64,000 bases of DNA from Candidatus Stammera capleta (lineage in GTDB: Bacteria > Pseudomonadota > Gammaproteobacteria > Enterobacterales > Enterobacteriaceae). A program made the translations under genes and the position numbers. Under the pieces are notes generated by a model. It searched no databases, was not told the origin of the DNA, and saw only the letters and a program-made list of their open reading frames with translations. Shown here in pieces: positions 25,487 through 37,138 of this stretch. Each line of letters starts with the position of its first letter. Position 1 is the first letter of the stretch. The stretch covers positions 171,248-235,247 of the forward strand of contig CP144780.1 of assembly GCA_036689275.1 (NCBI GenBank). The letters run 5' to 3'.

Positions 25487-26205
25487 TATTAAAAATTCCA
25501 AAAAAATAATTTAAATATTATTTATATTTAATATAATAATGTTTTAAATAAATAATTATATATTTAATATAAAAATATAATAAATTTTATTAATTATATA
25601 AAAAAATTAGTATTTAAAAATATAATTTATAAAAAATATTTTAAAATCTATAAATATTATTTATAAATATTTATTTTTTTTTTAAAAAAAAAATAAATAT
25701 TAACAAATAATATATTATTAATTTAATATATATAATTATTATTATATATTTTATTTTTTTTTAAAAAAAAATATAAAATTATTTTAATAAATAATAATAA
25801 AAATATTTTAAATAATAATATTTTTTAAAAAAAACAATTTTAAAAATTTTATATAATAAAATAATAATAAAAATTAAATCAAATAATATTATAATTTAAT
25901 AATATAAAAATATATATTTTATTAATAATAATATAAAATATATAAATAAATATTTTTTATTAAATATAAAGTATTAATATATAAAGATATAAAAATTTAT
26001 ATATTTAAAAAATTTAAATATATTTTATATAATAAAATATTAAATTAAATTTAAATAATAATATTTTATATAATTAAATAAAAAAAAAATAAAAATTAAT
26101 ATTTATAAATTCTTAAAATATTTAAATTAATAAAATATAAAAAATATTCTTTAAATATAAAATTAATAAAAATAAAATAAGATAATTAATTAAAAAAGAT
26201 TTAAA
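25487..26205. other. A/T-only intergenic spacer (719 bp) between divergent rnz and glnS
   Basis: By hand count there are 14 G/C in 719 nt. No ORF. It contains T10A10 (25674-25693), T9A9 (25754-25771) and T6A8 (25821-25834). Confidence 0.7.
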
Positions 26206-27810
26206 ATGTATAAAAATACTAAAAACTTTATATATAAAAAAATTATAAAAGATATAAATAAAAAGAAATATAAAAAAATTATAACTAGATTTGCTCCAGA
26301 ACCCAATGGTTATTTACATATAGGACATGCTAAATCTATACATATAAATTTTGAAATTGCAAAATATTTTAATGGTAAATGTTATTTAAGATTTGATGAT
26401 ACTAATCCTAACACAATAAAAAAAAAATATATAAATAAAATTAAAAAAGATATTTTATGATTAGGATATAAATGAAATTCAAATACTAAATATACTTCTG
26501 ATTATTTCGATATTTTCTATAAATATGCTTTAAAATTAATAAAAAAAAAATTAGCTTATATTGATGAATTATCTATAGAAAAAATAAAAAAATATAGAGG
26601 AAATTATAATACTAAAGGAAAAAATAGTCCCTATAGAAATAGAAGTATAGAAGAAAATATATATATTTTTAAAAAAATGAAAAAAGGAGAATATAAAGAA
26701 GGAAAAGCTTGTTTAAGAGCAAAAATTAATATGAATTCTAAAAATATAATTTTAAGAGATCCTATTCTATATAGGATAAAATATAAAAAACATTTAAGAA
26801 CAAAACATAAATGATGTATATATCCTACATATGACTTTTCTCATTGTATATCAGATTCAATAGAAAAAATTACTCATTCATTATGTACTTTAGAATTCCA
26901 AAATAATAAATCTTTATATAATTGAATTTTAAAAAAAATTAATATTAAACACAAACCTAATCAATATGAATTTTCAAGATTAAATATAGATAATAATATA
27001 ACTTCTAAAAGAAAAATTATATTTTTAATTAAAAATAAAATTGTAAATGGATGAGATGATCCTAGATTAATGACTATATCAGGAATGAAAAATAAAGGTT
27101 ATACTGCTAAATCAATATTAAATTTTTGTAAAAATCTGGGAATTAGTAAACAGGAAAGTATAATAAGTATAAAACTTATAGAAAAATATTTAAGAAAAAA
27201 TTTAGATAAAAATACACCTAGAATAATAGGAATAATTAATCCTTTAAAAATTATACTAATTAATATAAAAAAAAAATATATTATTGAAACCCCATATCAT
27301 CCTAATAATAAAAAATTAGGTACTAAAAAAAATTATTTATATAATAAAATATATGTGGATAAAAAAGATATTTTAAATTTAAAATATAATAAAAATAAAA
27401 ATTTATATTTAAATAATAAATTTAAATTAAGATATTCAGGAATAATAACAATTAAAAAAATCATTAAAGATAATAATTTTAAAATTAAATATATTATATG
27501 TAATTTTAATGAAAATAATAATATATATAATAAAAAAATTAAAATTATACATTGAATTTCTAAAATTAGTTCATTAAAAATGAAATTTAAAATTTATAAA
27601 AATTTATTTATTAATAAAAATATTAATATTAATATTAATAAAAATAAAAATTTTATTAAATATATTAATAAAAATTCTATATCTTATAAAAATGGATATA
27701 TAGAAAAAAATTTTTTATTAATTAAAAATAAAATAATTCAATTAGAAAGAGAAGGATTTTTTTTAAAAAAAAAAAAAATATTACAAAAAATAATATCTTT
27801 AAAAAAATAA
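26206..27810 (+). CDS. glnS: Glutaminyl-tRNA synthetase
   Basis: [55 protein letters not shown] and [12 protein letters not shown]. Three track fragments share one frame, and the 26461-27069 gap was traced. Confidence 0.95.
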
Positions 27811-27811
27811 T

Positions 27812-28207
27812 ATGTATATAAGAAAAATAAAAAATAATATTAATTTAAATATACTTAATTTCATCAAAATAAAACCATATAAAAGTATATTTAAAGAAAA
27901 ATATATGAATTATAAACAAATTAATCATTTTAAAAAAATATTAAATAAATTATATTTAATAATAAAAAATAAAAACATTAAAAAAAAAAAAAAAATATTA
28001 AATAATATTAATAAAAAAAAAATTATAAATAATATTAAATATAATATAAAAAAGATTAATAAAAACATATATGGATTTTGTAAAAAATGCAATAATAAAA
28101 TAGGAATTAAAAGATTAGAATTAAATCCTATTACTAAATTATGTATAAATTGTAAAACTATTATAGAAATAAAAAAAAAAATAAATAATTATAAAATTTA
28201 CTTTTAA
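27812..28207 (+). CDS. dksA: DksA/TraR-family C4 zinc-finger protein (shortened)
   Basis: PYKSIFKEKYMNYKQINHFKKIL matches E. coli PYQEKPGEEYMNEAQLAHFRRIL. YGFCKKCNNKIGIKRLELNPITKLCINCK matches [29 protein letters not shown]. Confidence 0.75.
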   Translation: MYIRKIKNNINLNILNFIKIKPYKSIFKEKYMNYKQINHFKKILNKLYLIIKNKNIKKKKKILNNINKKKIINNIKYNIKKINKNIYGFCKKCNNKIGIKRLELNPITKLCINCKTIIEIKKKINNYKIYF

Positions 28208-28267
28208 TACTATTTTGGAAATAAAAAATATAAAATTTTTAAATTATTAATTTTAAGGATAATAAAT

Positions 28268-28999
28268 TTGAAAAAAATAAAATTATATAAACTAAATAAT
28301 TCAGTAAATAAATTAAATTTATATATATATAAATTAAAATATATATCAAATAATGAAGAATTATATAATTATATTGAATATATTAATAAAAAATATAATT
28401 ATAATAAATTATTATATGTATTAAAAAATATAATAAATTCAATAAAAACTAAAAAAAATAAAATATTTAAAATTAATCATTATATTAAAAAATATAATAT
28501 AAAAAAAATAATTAAAATTAAAAAAAAAAATATATTATTAAATAATATATTATTATATTTTAAAAAAGATTTTTTTTATATATATACAGATTTAAAATAT
28601 AAAAAAAATATATTTTATTTTAAAATAGATATAGAAATACACATTAATAATGATATTTCTTTTTTAAATTCAATAAATTATCTAATTAATAAATTTAATT
28701 CTGATATTATTATTATCGATTACAAAATTAGAGGATTCAATATAAGTAATAAAAAAATATTTAATAATTTCAAATTTAATTCTATACAAAACTTTATCAA
28801 TAAAGATATAAAAAAAAAATATGATTTATTTGATATAAATTTATACAAAGAAAATATTTTTAATACTAAAATAATAATTAAAGAAATAAATTTAAAAAAA
28901 TACTTATTAAATAAGTATAATATTAAAAATAAAAATAAAATCTATAAATCAATATTTAAAGGAATTCAAAAAATTTATGTTAATAAATATATATTATAA
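28268..28999 (+). CDS. speD: S-adenosylmethionine decarboxylase (SpeD) homologue with substituted catalytic residues
   Basis: AAGGA at 28255-28259, then TTG 28268. [35 protein letters not shown] matches E. coli [71 protein letters not shown] matches [36 protein letters not shown]. Confidence 0.75.
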   Translation: [243 protein letters not shown]

Positions 29000-29743
29000 A
29001 GTTAATATTTTATAACCATTATTAGTAACTAATATAGTATGCTCATATTGAGCAGATAAACTATTATCTAATGTCTTAACAGTTCATCCATCTTTCATAA
29101 CAAAAGTTTTTTCAGATCCTAAATTTATCATAGGTTCTATAGTAAATATCATTCCTGTTTTCATATATAAATTAGAATTATTTCTATAATGTAATATCTG
29201 AGGTGATTCATGTAATTTTTTACCTATTCCATGTCCACAATAATTTTTTACTATAGAATAACCATATTTAATAATGTATTTTTCTATATTATTACCTATT
29301 AAATTTAATTTATTACCATTTTTAATATATTTTAAAACATTACAAAAACTTTTATAAGTATAATAACATAATTTATATGCATCATTACTTATAGGATTAA
29401 CAAAATACATTTTAGAAGAATCTGAATAATAATTATCTTTACATATAGAAACATCTATATTAATAATATCACCTTTTTTTAATATATGACTATAATCAGG
29501 TATTCCATGACATACTGTATCATTAATTGACGTACAAATAGATTTAGGATAGTTCATATAACCTAAAGAAGCGGGGTAAGCTTTATGATAATTTACTATT
29601 CTTTTATGACATATATCATTTAATTCACCAGTAGATATACCTTCTTTAACATAACTAGATATATAATTTAATACTTCACTTACTATTTTACTAGATATAA
29701 TTATTTTATTAATTTCATAATTATTTTTTATCAATCTATTCAT
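28994..29743 (-). CDS. map: Methionine aminopeptidase
   Basis: VCHGIP, GDIINIDV, GHGIG and FTIEPM, then TGA and [30 protein letters not shown], which matches E. coli [30 protein letters not shown]. TAA is at 28994-28996. Confidence 0.95.
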
Positions 29744-29827
29744 ATTTAATTATAATTTAATTTTAATATAAAATATATGTATATAATAATATAAAAAACA
29801 TATTTTTTAAATATATATGGAGTAAAA

Positions 29828-30502
29828 ATGATAAATTTAAATATAAAAAAAATGATTAAAGCAGGAATACATTTTGGTCACCAAACTAAATACTGAAATC
29901 CTAAAATGAAACCTTTTATATATACTACATATAATAATATTCATATAATTAACTTAAATAAAACTATTAAATTTTTTAAATTAGCTATAAATAATTTAAA
30001 AAAATTACAAAAAAATAAAAAAAAAATATTATTTATTGGTACAAAAAAATCAGCTTCAGAACTAATTAAACAAACAGCTATTAAATGTAATCAATATTAC
30101 ATTAATAAAAGATGATTAGGAGGGACTTTAACTAATTGAAAAACAGTTAAAAAATCTATAAATTTTTTAAAAAAATTAGAAAAAGAATATATTTCTGGTA
30201 AATTCAATAAATTAATTAAAAAAGAAATATTATATAAAAAAAGAATTCTAAAAAAATTAAAAAATAATTTACAAGGAATTAAAAACATGGGAGGATTACC
30301 AGATGCTATATTTACAATTGATGCCAATCATGAAAAAATAGCTATCAAAGAAGCCAAACAATTAAAAATAAAAATATTTTCCATAGTTGATACAAATAAT
30401 AATCCAGAAAATATAGATTATATAATTCCTGGAAATGATGATTCAATTAAATCAATTAAATGATATCTAAAAAATATAATAAATAATTTAATAATTAAAT
30501 AA
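29828..30502 (+). CDS. rpsB: 30S ribosomal protein S2
   Basis: GGAG at 29819-29822, then ATG 29828. [15 protein letters not shown](TGA)[33 protein letters not shown] is at 30500-30502. It is divergent from map as in E. coli. Confidence 0.95.
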
Positions 30503-30503
30503 T

Positions 30504-31268
30504 ATGCAAAATAAAAAAATATATTTAATTAAAAAAATAAGAAATTTAACACAAATCAGCATAGATAAATGTAAAAAAGCATTAGAAAGAAATAATTTTA
30601 ATATACAAAAAACATTAATATATTTAAAAAAAATTAAAATTAATAATAAAAATAAAACTAAACAAGGAATAATATTAGGAAAAATTATTAATAATATAGC
30701 ATTAATAATTAAAATAACATGTGAAACTGATTTTTCTTCAAAAAATTATTTATTTATAAATTTTTCTAAAAAAATATTAAATTATATTATTAAATACAAT
30801 ATATTTGATATTAATAAAATTAATGAATATTTTAAAAAAAAAAAAAAAAATTTAATATTAAAATTAAATGAAAATATTAATATAAATAAAATTAAATACT
30901 TAAAAGGAAAATTTATATCTAAATATATACATAATAATTATAAAATAGGAACAATATTAAAAATAAATACTATTAATTACAATAAAAAAAAAATTAATAC
31001 AAATATGAAAAAAATTTGCATGCATATTACAGCTATGAATCCTAAATATATAGATATTAATTTAATTACTAAAAAAGAAATCGAAAAAGAAAAAAAATTA
31101 ATTATAGATTATAAAGATAAAAAAGATTTTAAAAAAAAACTAAATAAAGAAATAAAAAAAAAAACATTATTAGAACAAAATTTTATTTTCGATAATAAAA
31201 TATTAATTAAAGATTTTTTAAATAAAGAAAATATTAAAATAATTAAATATTACAGATTTAAAATTTAA
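30504..31268 (+). CDS. tsf: Elongation factor Ts
   Basis: Intact 254-aa ORF one base after the rpsB stop. IKKIRNLTQISIDKCKKALE (UBA-like N-terminus) and CMHITAMNPKYI. Confidence 0.9.
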   Translation: MQNKKIYLIKKIRNLTQISIDKCKKALERNNFNIQKTLIYLKKIKINNKNKTKQGIILGKIINNIALIIKITCETDFSSKNYLFINFSKKILNYIIKYNIFDINKINEYFKKKKKNLILKLNENININKIKYLKGKFISKYIHNNYKIGTILKINTINYNKKKINTNMKKICMHITAMNPKYIDINLITKKEIEKEKKLIIDYKDKKDFKKKLNKEIKKKTLLEQNFIFDNKILIKDFLNKENIKIIKYYRFKI

Positions 31269-31301
31269 AATAATATATAATTAATAATAATAATTTAATT
31301 A

Positions 31302-31385
31302 GGAGGTATGGCCGAGTGGTTTAAGGCAACGGTCTTGAAAATCGTAAACGTAAATCGTTCGAGAGTTCGAATCTCTCTACCTCCG
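31302..31385 (+). tRNA. tRNA-Ser (anticodon UGA)
   Basis: GGAGGTA acceptor pairs with TACCTCC, discriminator G. D arm GCC/GGC. Anticodon stem-loop ACGGT-CTTGAAA-ATCGT. Long variable arm. T arm GAGAG-TTCGAAT-CTCTC. No CCA is encoded (next bases TAT). Confidence 0.9.
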
Positions 31386-31394
31386 TATAAAAAA

Positions 31395-32120
31395 ATGAAT
31401 AATTTCAAATTTGAAAAAAAAATAAATATATATTTAAAATCTAATAAAATTAAAGATACTTCAGTAAATGGATTACAAATAGAAGGAAATAATAATATTA
31501 ATAAAATTATATTCTGTGTAACAATTAAAAATTCTATAATTAAAATATGTAAAAATAAAAAATATAATACCATTATATGTCATCATGGTATTTTTTGAAA
31601 AAAAGATACTATGAATATAATAGGAATTAAAAAAGAAATAATTAAAAATATATTAATTAATAACATTAATTTATATTGTTGACATATTCCATTAGATATA
31701 CATTATAAAGTAGGAAATAATATTACATTATCTAAAAAACTTAATATTAAAAAAATAATTAATATTAGTAATTATAATTATCCTTTAATTATAGGATATA
31801 GTAGGAAAAAAGATTTAATAAGAAAAATTAAAAAAATTAATAATAATTATATTTTTTTAAAAAGTAAAAATAAAAAAATTAAAAAAATAGCAATATGTAC
31901 AGGATTTGGTGATAAATTTATTGAAAAATCTATTATTTATAATAATATAGATACATATATAACAGGAGAAATGTCTGAATATAAAATTATTATTTCTAAA
32001 AAATATGATATTAATTTATTTCTATTAGGGCATCATATATCTGAAATATATGGAATAAAATATTTAAGTAAAATAATTAAAAATAAATATAATATAAATA
32101 CGAAATTTATAAATTTATAA
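31395..32120 (+). CDS. ybgI: Nif3-family dinuclear-metal protein (YbgI / GTP cyclohydrolase 1 type 2 homologue)
   Basis: DTSVNGLQIEG, ICHHGIFW, CWHIPLDIH and LLGHHISE. The real ATG is 31395; the track ORF start at 31308 lies inside tRNA-Ser. Traced to TAA 32118-32120. Confidence 0.8.
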
Positions 32121-32146
32121 TTTATTTTTTAAAAATTATAATCAAA

Positions 32147-33850
32147 ATGCAAAAAATAGATATTATAAAAAAATTTTTAAAAATCAATAAAAAAGTTAAA
32201 ATATATTATTATTATTATTTTTATAAAAATAAAAGCCTTATTACAGACGAAGAATATGATTTTTTAGTAAAAAAATTAGAAAAACTAATAACAAAATATC
32301 CATTATTAAAAAAATATAGTTTATTAAAAAATAAAATAAATTATAAATTTTCAAATTTTTTTAAAAAAAATAAACATTATATATTAATGTTATCTATAAA
32401 AAATACATATTCATATATTCAAACCTTTAAATATATAAAAAAAATAAAAGATAAATATAAAAATAAAAAATTTTGTTGTGAATTAAAAATAGATGGAATA
32501 GCAATAAGTTTATTATATCAAAATAATAAATTTACTAAAGCACTAACTAGAGGGGATGGAATTTATGGGGAAAATGTAACTAAAAATATATTAAATATAA
32601 AATCTATACCTAAAAAAATTAATTCTAAAGAAAAATTTTTAAATTTAGAAATAAGAGGAGAAATATATATAAAAAAAAAAGAATTCTTAAAAATAAATAA
32701 GAATAAAAATTTTTCTAATAGTAGAAATTTAGTATCTGGAACTATAAAAAGTAATAATTATAATATTACAAAAAACAGAAAATTATCTTTTATAGCTTAT
32801 GATATAATAATTAATAATAATAGAAAATATTTCTTAACACAATTACATTCATTAAATAAAATTAAAGAATTAGGATTTAAAATAGAAAAAAATACAAAAA
32901 TATATAATAATATAAAAAAAATATATAAATATTATCTATATATAAAAAAAATAAGAAAAAAAATTAATTTTAACATTGATGGTATAGTAATTAAAGTAAA
33001 TAATAAATATATACAAAATATTATAGGATATAATAATAAATATATTAAATGAGCTATAGCATGAAAATTTCCATCAATTAAAAAAAAAACTAAAATTAAG
33101 AAAATAAAATTTAAAATAAGTAAAAATGGAACTATCATACCTATAATAGTTATTAAAAAAGTTAAAATAGGAGGAGTAATAATTAAAAATATAAATTTAT
33201 ATAATTTAAATTATTTATATAAACTTAAAATAAATATAAAAGATTCAGTAATAATAGAAAGATCTGGTGATGTAATCCCCAAAATAGTTAAAGTAATTAA
33301 AAATAATAATAATAAAATTTTTAAAATTAAAAAATGCCCTTGATGTAAAAGTAAAATTAATATAAAAGAAAAAATACCTAAATGTTATAATAATCTAAAA
33401 TGCCCACAACAATTTAAAAAAATTTTAATACATTTTGTTTCCAAAAAAGCTTTAAATATAAAAAATTTAGGTAATAAAATAATTAATAAATTAATAAAAT
33501 ATAATTACTTAAAATCTATTATAGATATATTTAAACTATCAATTAATAAAATTATTAAAATACCTCAAATAAATATTAAATTAGCAAAAAAAATTATTTT
33601 ATCTATAAAGCTAACTAAAAAAAATATTAAATTAAATAACTTAATATATGCTTTATCTATTCCTAATATAGGAGAATATACATCTATTAAAATTAGTAAA
33701 AAAATCAAAACATTCAAAAATTTTATCAATTTAAATAAAAGAAATATGTTTAAAAATAATTTTTTATATAAAAAACAAATTATATCTATAATTAATTATA
33801 TAGATAATAACAAAAAACTTTTAAAAAAAATAAATAAAATTTTATTTTAA
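32147..33850 (+). CDS. ligA: NAD-dependent DNA ligase (no BRCT domain)
   Basis: CELKIDG (adenylation Lys), TRGDGIYGENVT, IERSGDVIPK, and the Zn finger CPWC..C..LKCP. Traced to TAA 33848-33850. It is 567 aa versus 671 in E. coli. Confidence 0.9.
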
Positions 33851-35260
33851 ATAATTTAAAAAAAATAAACTATATCTTATCCTTAATAAAAATTTTTTTT
33901 TTTTTAAATATAATATAATAATACTAATATTAGGACTTTTAATTTTACCTGTAATAAATATATGTAAAATAATATAAATATATTTTTTTTTTAAAAAATT
34001 AAATTTATTAAATAATAAATTTAAACATAATATAATATTATTATAATTTCATTTTTTTAATTTTAAAAAAAAATGATATATTTTTTTTAATATTAATAAA
34101 GAAAATTTATTTTTATATTTTTTAATTAATAAAATATTTAAACATATTTTTTTATTAAATATTAAACAAAAATCCACAACATCTTTAATTAAATAACTTC
34201 TAGGTAATATAAAAGAAATTATTTCAGATATATTTTTAATTTTATCTAAATATATTTTATTTAAAATTATATAATTATTAAAATATTTAATAAATTTATT
34301 ATATGAAATATAAGATAAATAATATTTATTTAATCAAAGCATTTTATTAATATTTAATCTACAAGGAGATTTATTTAATTTTTTTAAATCAAATAAATAT
34401 TTCATTTCATTAAAATGTATTATTTCATAATTTTTATATGATCATCCTAAACGTAATAAATAATTTAATATAGAATCAGGTATAAAACCATTTTCAATAT
34501 AACTATTAATATTTAAAAAAGAATTTTTTTTTGATAATTTATTACCATAATTATCTAATATCATAGGTAAATGAATATATTTAGGTATATTAAAATTTAA
34601 AGATTTAATAATATTAATTTGTTTAAAAGTATTATTAATATGATCTTCTCCTCTGATTACATGAGTAATAGACATAAAATAATCATCTACAACTACACAA
34701 AAATTATATGTGGGTACACCATTACTTCTTTGTATAATAAAATCATCTAATTGATTATTATTAATTGATATATTTCCATATAATAAATCTTTAAAATTTA
34801 CTTGCCCATATAAAGGACTTTTAAACCTTACTACATACTTATTAATATTCTCAATATTATATTTAATTCTATTTCTACAATATCTATCATATTTAAATTT
34901 AATATTTTGTTTATTATATAAATTACGTAAATTAATTAATCTTTTCTGACTACAATAACATTTATATGCTAAATTATTAATTAACATATAATTAATTATA
35001 TCTTTATAAATATCAATTCTCTTTGATTGATAATATGGACCTTCATCTCAATATAAACCTAATCATTTTAATATATATATAATATGATCTGAATATATAT
35101 TTTTCGAATTATTAAAATCAGTATCCTCTATACGTAAAATAAACTTACCATTGTTTTTTTTAGAATATAACCATGAATATAAAGCTGTTCTAATATTACC
35201 TATATGTAAATACCCAGTAGGACTAGGCGCAAATCTTGTCACTATATTGTTATTATTCAT
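33842..35260 (-). CDS. gltX: Glutamyl-tRNA synthetase
   Basis: [51 protein letters not shown] and KLSKK. The C-terminal third was traced through TGA codons to TAA 33842-33844. Length is 472 aa. Confidence 0.95.
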
Positions 35261-35333
35261 AAAATTGGATAATTAAATTAATATTATATATACTATAATA
35301 AAATTTATTTTAAATATTTTAAAACTAATAAAT

Positions 35334-37127
35334 ATGAAAAAAAATATTAGAAATTTTTCTATTATAGCACATATAGATCATGGAAAATCAACTTTATCAG
35401 ATCGTATTATAGAAATATGTACAAATATTAAAATTAGTAAAAGTAAATCTAGAATATTAGATTCAATGGATATTGAAAAAGAAAAAGGAATTACTATTAA
35501 AGCACAAAGTGTATGTTTAAATTATAAATTTAATGATAAAAAATATAAATTAAATTTAATAGATACTCCTGGGCATATAGATTTCTCATATGAAGTATAT
35601 AAATCTTTATATAGTTGTGAAGGAGCTTTATTATTAATTGATGTATCTAAAGGAATACAAGCCCAAACAATTACTAATTATAATATAGCTAAAAAATTAA
35701 AAATTAAAATTATTATAATAATAAATAAAATTGATTTATTATATAAAGATATTAATAATGTAAAAAATCAAATTAAAAAAATATTTAATATTAAACAAAA
35801 AAATATTCTTTTATGTTCCGCTAAAAGCGGTATAGGAATAAAAAATATACTAAATACAATTATTAAAAAAATACCATATCCATCAGGATCAATTAAATTA
35901 CCTTTACAAGCAATAATAATAGATTCATATTTTAATAATTATTTAGGTATTTTTTGCTTAATAAAAATAATTAATGGTTATTTGATAAAAAACGATTTAA
36001 TTAAAATAATAAATAATAATAATATTTATCAAATTAAAACAATACATATTTATAATCCATATGAAAAAAAAATAAACAAATTAATTTGTGGTGAAGTAGG
36101 ATGAATTTCATTCAATATGAAAAAAATAAAATATTTTAATCCTATAGGGAAAACTATTACAAAAAATTATAATTATAATGTCAATGAATTAATATATTTA
36201 AAAAAAATCAAACCTCAAATTTATGCTAGTATATATCCAAAAAATAAGAAAGAATTTTTAATGCTTAAAAATTCTATTAAAAAATTAAGTTTAAATGATT
36301 CATCATTTATTTTTAAACAAGAAAATTCTAATATTTTAGGTAATGGATTTAGATGTGGATTTTTAGGAATATTACATATAGAAATATTTAAAGAAAGATT
36401 AAAAAGAGAATATAAATTAAAAATATTAATTACTTCACCTACTGTAATATATAAAATAATTAATAAAAAAAAAAAAAATATATATATAAATAATATAAAT
36501 GATTTACCTAAAAAAAATGAAATTAAAGAAATTCAAGAACCTATATCTATATGTAATATAATATCTCCTAAAAAATATTTAGGTAAAATAATAAAATTAT
36601 GTATATTTAAAAGAGGTAAACAAAAAAAAATATTATTTTTTAATAATAATATTTCAATAATTTACAAAATTCCTACATATGAAATTATAACTAATTTTTC
36701 AGATTATATCAAATCTATTTCTAACGGATATGCTTCATTTGAATATAAATTTTATAAATATAAAAAATCCAACATATCTTTATTAGAAATAATGATAAAT
36801 AACAATAAAATTAAAAATTTTTCCATTCTTATGCATAATAAGAATATTAAAATATATAGTAAAAATTTAATTAACATTATTAAAAATAATTTAAAAAAAC
36901 AACAATTTGAAACCAAAATACAAGCATTATATAATAATAAAATAATTTATTCAATTAAATTAAAATCTTTAAGAAAAAATGTTATTTCTAAATGTTATGG
37001 AGGTGATATAACTAGAAAAAAAAAATTATTAGAAAAACAAAAAAAAGGAAAAAAAAAATTAAAAAAAATAGGAAATATATTAATATCCGAAAAAATATTT
37101 TCTGACATTTTAAAAATTAAAGATTAA
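35334..37127 (+). CDS. lepA: Elongation factor 4 (LepA)
   Basis: IRNFSIIAHIDHGKSTLSDR, LIDTPGHIDF, INKID and GFRCGFLGILHIEI. Two track fragments in one frame are joined by TGA. Confidence 0.95.
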
Positions 37128-37138
37128 AAATTTAAAAA

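Noticed and set aside
22074-26205. CRISPR arrays, tandem repeats, IS elements, integrases or phage genes in the low-complexity spacers.
   Set aside because: I saw no regularly spaced direct repeats with unique spacers, no terminal inverted repeats flanking an ORF, and no transposase- or integrase-like ORF. The apparent repetition is simple A/T low complexity.
31308-31394. The track ORF 31308-31598 begins MAEWFKATVLK.., upstream of the Nif3-family gene.
   Set aside because: Its first 29 codons are the body of tRNA-Ser(UGA) read as protein. The conserved YbgI sequence starts at ATG 31395.
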